From positions 2,108,001 to 2,155,861 of the forward strand of contig OY740812.1 of the NCBI GenBank assembly GCA_963514005.1: 47,861 bases of DNA, given 5' to 3'. Positions 39,201 through 47,861 of this stretch are shown piece after piece. The stretch's first letter is position 1. Every line of letters starts with the position of its first letter. Below the pieces are notes generated by a model. That model saw only the letters and a list, made by a program, of their open reading frames with translations. It was not told the DNA's origin and did no database searches. The translations under genes and the position numbers were made by a program. The DNA comes from Raja brachyura (lineage: Eukaryota).

Positions 39201-41159
39201 CACCAAATATTATCAATAATTTTTATGCTCAAATTATCAATTAAAAAATTAGAAAACGTGCAATATCTCTTCCTAATTATCAGCTAATTTGACCTGTAAG
39301 TTTTTATCTTGTCTATCTAGTCGGACAAGGGATACATCAGGCCGACGTACAATACTTTGACTCAGATTGAAAGTGTAACGTGTAACTAACATGTCCCAGA
39401 TTTCCATAACAATGCTAACATTTCTATACGCCATTGTGACTTGATGTCTAGTTTGGTCCCTTGGTTTGTGTCACCCGATTATATGGGTAAACACTCAATA
39501 AAGTCTGTGTCTGAACGAAAGAACAGCCTATCACTGGAACATATATTTACGTCTCCACATCACACAGGGAAGACCAGACACAAACAAGGAACTAGCCATT
39601 CAACCCGTTAGAGAGCACCTTTTTTATTTTTACAAAGGATTTGACCGCTCGTGTTGAAATTGCTTTGTTTTAGAGTTTATTACTACTTTGGTGTGTGTGA
39701 GTGTAGCGGAGGAAATCCGTTTTGGTAGATCCCTATTAATTGCAACTTCCTCCGAGTTATTGCATCCTGGTGTTTACCTACCCCTTTCCTCTTGAGAAGT
39801 GGTAAACGTTAGCCTACTTTATATTTTATATTATAGCTTTGCCCTCCTGTTGAACAGAAGGAAATTCCCAAATAAATGCACAATGCAATGCCAAGAAAAT
39901 CGAAAAAGCCAGTGGATAGGCAATTGGAGTGAAACGCTATTTAAAATATTTTTTAAGAATAATGTGTTTGCCCATGCCACGCATTGCTTACTAATTTAAT
40001 GAGCAGCAAGATTTCATGAAACAACGTAGTAATATCACCGCAGCCCTGTGTGGTGGAAATTTTATTTGGCGCCATAATTTAGCTCCATAGCAGCATGCCG
40101 ACCTTGAATAAACATCGCATGCTGCCAACAAGCTCATTTTATTTATATTCAGCATTTGGAATTTATGGATGCATCTTAGCATGGTTTGATACACGAGCTA
40201 ACATTAAGGGGCCGTTGTTTAGTTGCCTATCTTGCTGTTCTGGTGATGCCAGGCTTACGTCCCATCCATCAACAACCCACAACAAGTCATGCAACATATT
40301 GGTGGTCACCAAAGTGGTGCTTACCGACCGAGCGGCTCAAAAACCCGACCGCTCTCTGTATTATTTCGTCCATCCATGTGTATTAACCTTTATATGTGAG
40401 CGTCCATAAAACCTTATAGCATCATTTGAGCTCATCGCTCTTGCTTTCCCGCTCGCTCTTTCTATCACACAGCCGCGCACACCTATGTACATAAATATAT
40501 TGACTCCAAAGGATATATGTTTTCTTGCGAATTTGTGTGTCTTATCACCTTGTTTCTCGCATTATTATATGTATACATTGGCACATGGGCACACGGTTAT
40601 CTGCACCATATTTAGAATGATATATGTCTTGTAAGCGTTTAACTATGATTAGTAATTACTGATCATAAAATGTGCCTAAATGTTTGTGGTTACACTAGTA
40701 TGCTAGCACAACGCTCTGCATTTTGGTGACCCAACGCTACTTCAAATTAATGCTGTATTTGAAATATCAGCATTTGGATTTTTTGTTCCAATCCATTCGC
40801 AAATCATTCCTGGAAGTCTCAATTGCTTTTTGTTTTGCCTAGGTGGTTATTTTTATTGGAGACATTTACAGCAGTTTTTTATGCGATTGAGAAATGGCCT
40901 GCAGAACAGAAATCTTTCGTTGTTTTGATCTTTAAAAGGTTCACTTAAACGTGTTTGCAATTTACTCTGCCGCAAAGGGCCTGTCCAATAAATTACTCAA
41001 GGTATTAATTTGGACTGTGGGTCCTTTGTGTAGTGGACAAAAAAGGTCCTTTACAGCCTAAATAAAGTCACCTTGTCGCTGATGAGAGAGCTGCCCGGCG
41101 TTCCTGCTCCAAATGCGTGTAATTGCTTGCCTGTGTTTCTTTCAAGCTTTTTCACTCAC

Positions 41160-41871
41160 CTTTTGTTTCCCTCTCGGAATGAGCCGGGTCCCCGCCAGGG
41201 AAGTCTAAAGTGGGTGTATCTTGTACAAAGTCACTCTGTCTCGCTTCTGTGGGTTTTGCCGGGTTCCTGCGGACGGGGTCGCTCGAGCCGATCACTTTTA
41301 TGGCCTTTTCACCTGGTTTTGAGGAGGAAGACGACGTGGCGAAGGAAGAGGTGAAGGGAAGGCTGGAAGTGATCGAGCATGGGGCCGCGGCTGGCGGCGG
41401 CTGGTTGTAATCCGTGGGTTTGCTGGATGTGTAGCTCGGTTCTGAACGGAAATAGATGGGGACTGGGACTCTGCCACTATCACTGGTGCACATTTCAGAG
41501 ATCACCCTCGGGTACACAGGCACCTCCGGGACCGTCTTCGCATGTTTATCCCCGTCTAGTAAACAATAGTTGGCTTCTTCCTTCACGCCAGACGCGAAGG
41601 AATAGGCGTTTATCTGCTGGAGGCGGCTGGTGTGGCCGGGTGCTGATGGCGTTGCCCACCCTGCCATACCTGACACGTACTGATGGGAAACCAGCCCTAG
41701 ACCTTGCTGGTGGCTCATTTCGTCGTGTTTACGATGGCAACTCTGTGCCCCGTAGCCCTGGTCGGACCTAGAGGACAAATAACCCCCAGGACAGTAAGGT
41801 CCAGGCTGGTTGGAGCTGATTAAAGCCCTCACTGAAAACGATCTTGGAGCAGAATTCTCCGAACATGACAT
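41160..41871 (-). CDS. HOXB10: HoxB10 exon 1
   Basis: MSCSENSAPRSFSVRALISS...VKEEANYCL...VPVPIYFR are Hox10 exon-1 motifs. Donor G|GTGAGT at 41160/41159; 712 nt, phase 1, in frame with exon 2. Confidence 0.9.
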
Positions 41872-43411
41872 AGCTGCAGCTGAGTTGAGCAGGGCTAGAT
41901 GGGGGTGGGGTGGGGGGGGGGGAGGTGGTGGTGGGGGGGAGGTGGCATTGGAAAAGAAGGTCCTTATCAAACTAACATGTCTCTTGGACTCATCAGACGT
42001 CGTCTGTGGACAACTTCCTTTCAACGGGCCAATCAGAATCAACGGACGCAGCGCCGGCCCCTCCCACCCGACTGGGTTTTGAAATGAGAGGAACATTGAT
42101 GCATTTCTGGCGTTCAGTAACACCTAGTTACCGTGACAAATACAAGCTTGTTAATTCAGCTTTTTACTAACCAAAGTAGAGGAGCCTTATCCTACCCCCT
42201 TATGCCACCCCCCTCCACGTGGTTAACGTTTCTTGGGACAAAGTTATAAGGACAACAAGTTTGCATTTTACAGTCAGCTCTTCAGACACTATGGCGGCGA
42301 CAGCATCGCTGAAAGAGCTCTGCAAATTTTCCCATCGCTCGTGGATAAAAATATGATAGAAAGCAACAACCGAGAGGAACCCGAACATAACAAGAACGTT
42401 GAATAAAAATTGGACACAAATAGTTTAATTGACATTACCATATTGGCACCTCCAACAATAAGCGTGATGTATAAGGTGCAATACACACAACATGCGCACA
42501 CATATGTATGTAATTTAATGGAAAGTCTGAGTGTTAATGGATGGTTTCAATAAAGTCAGGCAGTTAAATTACATTAACAATCTTACATCGATTGAGCATA
42601 AAATTTGGAGTTAATTGCACCGAAGCCTGATGTAAAATATATGTCCTCGCACAGGCATGGTCTTGACAGCTAAATGTAAACTTGTTGTGTTTGGTAATCC
42701 TTATTCTATAAACATGGTATGTAACAATGCGCCGTGAATGATTTGCAACAGATTACACATTTCTGTCCTGGAGCCATTCACTGCCCGGCCTTATATTATG
42801 GGACTGGAATAGGTTTCAGGATTCGATCTATCGAGATTTTCCCTTCACGCGGTCAAATCCTTACAATCAGCCACTGAAACCAGTAATATTTCGGTATGTC
42901 TTTTCTTATTTACCCACAGCACCCCCGAGACCCCTTGGTACCCTGTATTTTTCCAACGGTAACAAGAACAGAATTCACTTTTCAGCGTCGTTTTATATCC
43001 CAGTCCTCTCCCTTTGCCCTTTTAAATTATCGAACCCTTCAAACCCCTTATTTGCTGTTTCAGCGATAAAACCGAGTAATTTATTGACGGTTCACTTGCT
43101 TAGAACCTGCTATATTTAATTTAATACTTTATTGCGGCACGGCTAGTTCGGGAGCTGAACACTAACATAAATCAAAATGACAATAAATAAATTAACGATA
43201 ATCTTGCGGATGTAGCAAATATTAAAGCACATTCACGTAGAGCTTTCCGAACTAAAGCAACCCCGGACCAGCGGTATATTATGCAGAGATCCGCATTAAG
43301 GGATCAACTATTGAGCTGTTTATGCATTAATATTAAGTCCGAGTTCATGCACACCTAAGGTGTTTATGCAACATCAAATTTCCAGTGCAAACACGTCTGC
43401 ACAATAAAGTT

Positions 43412-43551
43412 TGTGTAAGAAGGAACTGCAGATGCTGGTTTCAACCGAAGATGGACACAAAAAGCCGGAGCAACTCAGCGAGAGAGGCAGCATCTCTGGA
43501 GAGAAGGAATGGGTGACGTTTCGGGTCGAGACCCTTCTCCAGAAGAAGGTT
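43412..43551. mobile_element. 140-bp Penelope-like terminal-repeat insertion flanked by a 12-bp direct repeat
   Basis: CACAATAAAGTT occurs at 43400-43411 and 43552-43563. The internal AAGGAACTGCAGATGCTGG...GTGACGTTTCGGGTCGAGACCCTTCT is recognised as an abundant elasmobranch repeat. The Penelope assignment is inferred from the hammerhead-like core. Confidence 0.75.
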
Positions 43552-46189
43552 CACAATAAAGTTAACGGCAATCTTGTTTATTTTTAAAGAACAAGTAAAG
43601 TCTACTACATAAGTTGTCCCTGAGCCGACAGTGACTATTTTAGACCCGTGTAATTTGCGCACAAAAGCCAAGTCAAGAACCAAAAAACTCTCATAATTTT
43701 TTAAAAATGTCTCATTTTTGTTAATCCCTCCCCTGCGCGGTCTCATGGATCCAACTGCAGATATTTATGGACACAAAAGTTTAGATCCCGCCGTTGACAG
43801 AGAGGAGTATTTTATGGACATCTGGCAAACTAACTGCAGAATTGGCGAAATTGTCGCTTCCATTCTAAATTAAACCTTAAAACTCCACGCCTTGTTCTTT
43901 AAACCTCAAGATGTAATGCCATGTAATTTTGCAATGGGATCGATCTCCTGCGTTCTGCTGTTATTGACTTTGTGTGGAGTATCTGCTCACCCAGACGAAT
44001 ATATCACCTGAAATGATTTCTGTTTATGGAGATCAGGGCGCCTGCAATTCCTAACCGGGTGATATTTCAAACCCCAACAACAGATTACAGTGTGTTATTG
44101 CCACGTGAACCAAATACGCCGGGGGGCAATTTTTCTCCAGCCAAAACGGCAGCAATAATTCTGCAAAAAAAAAAGACTGAGATACCGATTCCATAAGAAT
44201 ACAGTGAATGGTACTCCTGTATCCTACTTAGACCGAGACCCCGGTGTATTGTAATTTGGGCACCGTCTCGGTGAATGAAAAAAACACAATGAAAAGGGAT
44301 TGGGAGGGGAGGGGGGGAGGGGGGGCGATGCGTGAGTCCAAGGGGTCGTTGTGGGGGAACGCCACCTATACCAATGCATACCATGTATTTTTCCACTGTA
44401 AGCGGTTCGATTGTAATCATGCATTCAAGAGCGAGTTGGACAAAGCTCTTGGGGCTAACGGCATCAACGGATCTGGGGAGAAAGCAGGAACGGGGTACTG
44501 ATTCTGGATCATCATATTGGATTGCGGTGCCGGCTCGAAGCACGCAACGAAAGCTTCTCACTGTTCCTCGCTCCACGTGACAATAAACTGAACTAAAACT
44601 AAGGGTAAGGGAGTGAGACCTCGCAGAGATTTGAGTGAAGTACATCAAACCCAAACCCTCGAGACTCGTTCTCAGCAAGGCGCCTTAATAATTGTGAGTA
44701 TCTCCTCTCTCAGTACAGGAGACAAAAAATAATTCGCTCACGCCCATCTCCCTCCCATCCTTCCCACACACACAGGCGTGTATATGTACACGAATTATGG
44801 AGTAAGTCGGAATGGGCACTACCCACAACTACGAACTGGATACTCAATTACATTGTGTTATTTATCCATACAGGTACGAAACAAAGACGACACCATTGTT
44901 TCGATGGCCCTTAGTCATCCCAATCCATATTGGATGCTAATCGGGGATAAACGCACAAGGTGACACGCGTTATTTGTGATAAGTTAGCTTGTTGGCGATG
45001 GGTTGTATCCCAAAGACAAACCGCTGCAAAACTATGATCTTCTCAGGAACGGTAACTGAAATTAATAGTGGCACACACATAAGACCTAGGATATTTCCAT
45101 AAATGTTATCAAGTAATAAATATTTCAAGTAATTTTAAACTGAGGCAATATATTTCAAGTACTGCCGCGCCCCGCAATAGGGTTAACTAAATTAATAAGG
45201 AATTGAATTATGTATAGGGAATGGAATAACGCTTCGAATGAAAGCAGAAATTCAGAACAATTGTTCGCCATCTGTAATTTTAAAGAGCTGTTCAGACGCG
45301 AACTTCAAGGTGATCATTGCACTCGGCCTTGGCAAACGTCAGACGAATTTCCTGTTGGAAGCTTGAATCTACAGGCCGATGCAATAAGCAGGACTCCTTT
45401 GAAAATAACTATACTTTGTGCAAAATGTCCGTCTGAGATTTTAGCTAATCAAAATAAAAGAAAACACAAGCTGCATCTTGTAGGACAAATTTATGTTTCG
45501 TGTATCATGTGCGCGCGGATTGTTCCTTCGTCTTATTCCAACCGGAGGGAATTACCGAGACCGACCTCGGCTTTCTATGCACATTCAAGAAATGTACAGA
45601 TTTCACAGGATTTACGACTACAATTACCAGGCCGGTCAAAAAAAAAAACGAGGCAGTAATGTGTACAGTTTGGTCTACGGTGCTGGTGGTCAGATGGTGA
45701 AAAACGAACCATACATTATTCCAAATTATTTAAATTTGATGCGAGCAATGGAGAAGACCGCACCAGTAAAACGAAACATACTTAAATATTGTTCGTCAAA
45801 GGTTCGCAATCATAACCTCGTATTTGAGCCAAGAAATCGCCCTGGGTAGGGTGAGATTTTCACGGTTGTTAACACGGTTTAATAATGTTCCGTTCAGAAT
45901 TACCCAAGTGGAGGAGGGGGGGGGGGGGGGGGAGCAGCAACGTTTTGTGTACAGAACATCTCCCATAAAATGGCGCCAGGTCCCCTCTAGCTTTGAGAAA
46001 TTCCTTCAGGAATTACTTTCTAGGGACGCGCAATAATTTCCAATCCCAATCCATATCGCGGCAACGATAAGTCACCGGAGAAATTCTAATTTAAAATAAA
46101 ATTTACGAGAAAACTGTAATCGAATTCAGATTTACAGGATCCACTATTCAGCCCACGCTGCTTACTGTGGCTTCATGTCTATGCTCACT

Positions 46190-46530
46190 AGCTCAAAGAC
46201 TCGCCTCAACGTGGTCGCGCTCTCGTTTCACCCCTTCCATCAGGAACGAGAGCTTGAAAACCGTGACGACCAGGTTCAAGAACAGCTTCTTCCCAACAAC
46301 CATCAAGCCCCTGAACGCTGCACACGACCAACCTCAACTATGAACTTCTATGGACTGCCTTTGGTTATACGAAGGACTTCGTTTATTACTCCGGTCTTGT
46401 GGATATTAACTTATTAGGGGATTTTTTGTTTGTTTATTATAAATGATCTGTCTGTATTACGTTTCCGGATACGTTAGGCTGCAGCAAGTGAGAATTGTAT
46501 TTTCTCTTTTTCTGTACATATAAACTCTTC
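46190..46530 (+). mobile_element. Degenerate 3' fragment of a Rex1/Babar-like LINE
   Basis: The frameshifted peptides ALVSPLPSG / SLKTVTTRFKNSFFPTTIKPLN (46219-46316) resemble the C-terminal LPSGRRYR...RxKNSFFPxxIRLLN motif of Rex1/Babar ORFs. A 3'UTR-like CTGCAGCAAGTGAGAATT follows. Confidence 0.7.
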
Positions 46531-47544
46531 ACATGAGACGTGAGACTGCACAAACATGCTTTCCTCGTCCAACCATAACTCTTCATTCTTCACTTTTTAC
46601 GTTCGAGTATCTCCAGCGCGCCTATCTTTCGTTCAAAAACACCACAAAGAGAACATCAAAACAAAAATCGGCGCAGGCCACAAAAAAAAACGGTTGAGAA
46701 ATCTGCTGGATGGTGTATGATATAAATGGGCATCTTGGGCTTTTCAAGTCTCAGCCCCGGCAAAGAATGTGACATTTATTCAACTCCGTTAATACCAATA
46801 GTAATTAAAATATGCATTGCTAGACAACATGTCGAGGCGTTTACGTATCTGGCCTTTTGGGATTTTCCTTCAGGTTTTCCACAAAGAAACTCGTCTGTTC
46901 TATGTCACGAAACTGACCGTCGTAAAAGGAAATTCCCAGCACTCTAACAGCGCGTTGGAACACCGACGGGAAAAAATACAAACTGAAAGCCAGAACTTGT
47001 TATACTATATATATACATATATTCAGCTCAACACAGCGAGCATTAGATGAATTAATTTGCAACGACTGGAATGTATTCACTCGTTAGAACCAATGACGGT
47101 ATAAGATCAAGGCACACCTGTTTTAACATCGACATAAACTTACAAACTGGGGAAAAGTTGGATTTAATTCTAGGGCCGTCGGTTAATTGCCCGCAATATT
47201 TCTGGCCCAACATCACGGAAAATTTACCGTTGGTCTTTTTCAACTCAAACCCAAATGGAAACCATAAAAAATAATCTAATGTTTAGCAGGAGGTTCGAAT
47301 TAAGTTCAGAAAGAAGAGAATTAAACAGGTTTCAGAGTTTCGAAGGGACTCGCTGACCTTTCCTGTTCAATTTCACGTATAATTCCGGAATCTTACGGAC
47401 AGACTCGGATAGAAAAGAGAGCGCGATCCCAACAAATAATCCATGATCTAATACACCGCACAATCCACTCACAGTCCAGTTCAGAATGTAATAAGCCACA
47501 TAAATCACAACACGCAACTTTCAACTGCAGATGAAACTCTATGT

Positions 47545-47685
47545 GTGTCAGAGGTTATGGGGAGAAGGCAGGAGAATGGGGTTAGGAAGGAGAGATAGAT
47601 CAGCCATGATTGAATGGCGGAGTAGGCTTGATGGACCGAATGGCCTAATTCTGCTCCAATCACTTACGACCTTATGAACTTATGA
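47545..47685 (+). mobile_element. 5'-truncated CR1-type LINE/SINE 3' end with short tandem tail and probable target-site duplication
   Basis: GGTTATGGGGAGAAGGCAGGAGAATGGGG...AGATCAGCCATGATTGAATGGCGGAG...GAATGGCCTAATTCTGCTCC, ending in CTTACGAC-CTTATGAA-CTTATGA. AGATGAAAC occurs at 47529-47537 and 47685-47693. Confidence 0.8.
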
Positions 47686-47807
47686 GATGAAACCAATTAA
47701 ATACTCAGATTGGTTGTACCCCCATTCAATCCATATTCTACGGGTAGAAGTCAGAAACATGATTCACCAAGTGCGCTGAGCCTCCTGGATCCATCCATTC
47801 ACCCACC

Positions 47808-47809
47808 AT

Positions 47810-47841
<32 letters not shown>

Positions 47842-47861
47842 TATTTCTATCTATCTTTCTT
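47808..47861 (+). repeat. (TTTC)n tetranucleotide repeat
   Basis: Direct reading. Confidence 0.9.

Noticed and set aside
41066-41159. Alternative donor AAG|GTGACT about 90 nt into the HoxB10 intron
   Set aside because: An in-frame TGA (41154-41152) precedes it, and the donor at 41160 is stronger and gives the expected Hox10 junction.
42870-42900. Minus-strand TGGTTTCAG (WFQ) as a possible homeobox remnant
   Set aside because: The flanking codons do not match helix 3, and a 9-nt match is not significant.
42939-42947. TACCCTGTA, equal to miR-10 nt 1-9
   Set aside because: No hairpin and no known transcript; compatible with chance in 48 kb.
44085-44678. 197-aa minus-strand ORF as a protein-coding gene
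   Set aside because: It has a non-ATG start, passes through low-complexity sequence and has no domain. Only a short segment is kept, as the speculative Hox11-like relic.
45210-45849. Overlapping 149-aa and 118-aa plus-strand ORFs
   Set aside because: No recognisable motif or exon structure, they cross a poly-A run, and I see no convincing Hox11 or Hox12 similarity on either strand.

Overview
This window is the central-to-posterior part of a vertebrate HoxB cluster, with every gene on the minus strand. From left to right: HoxB5 (exon 1, truncated at the window edge), HoxB6, HoxB7, HoxB8, HoxB9, the mir-196 hairpin and HoxB10. Each complete gene was reconstructed as two exons with a GT-AG phase-1 intron: B6 230 aa, B7 211 aa, B8 237 aa (236 aa with the alternative acceptor), B9 252 aa, B10 327 aa. 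An intact HoxB10 plus the repeat types present (CR1-type 3' tails, a Rex1/Babar-like LINE fragment, a short Penelope-like terminal repeat) point to a cartilaginous fish, probably a skate or ray; this is inference. Regulatory features visible in the sequence include a near-perfect miR-196 site in the HoxB8 3'UTR, an 8mer miR-196 site in the HoxB7 3'UTR, a probable distal promoter and non-coding first exon between HoxB6 and HoxB7, Hox/Cdx motif clusters and candidate CTCF sites. The most novel candidates are: (i) a Hox-promoter-like block with a degenerate Hox11-like N-terminal reading frame upstream of HoxB10, a possible HoxB11 relic (speculative); (ii) a 140-bp insertion with a 12-bp target-site duplication that carries a mutated hammerhead-ribozyme core; (iii) a second G:U wobble in the HoxB8 miR-196 site; (iv) a ~327-nt AG-exclusion zone with a distant branch point in the HoxB8 intron; (v) a perfect 56-bp palindrome downstream of HoxB10. 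Three assembly gaps are present. All comparisons to other species are from memory and need confirming by alignment.
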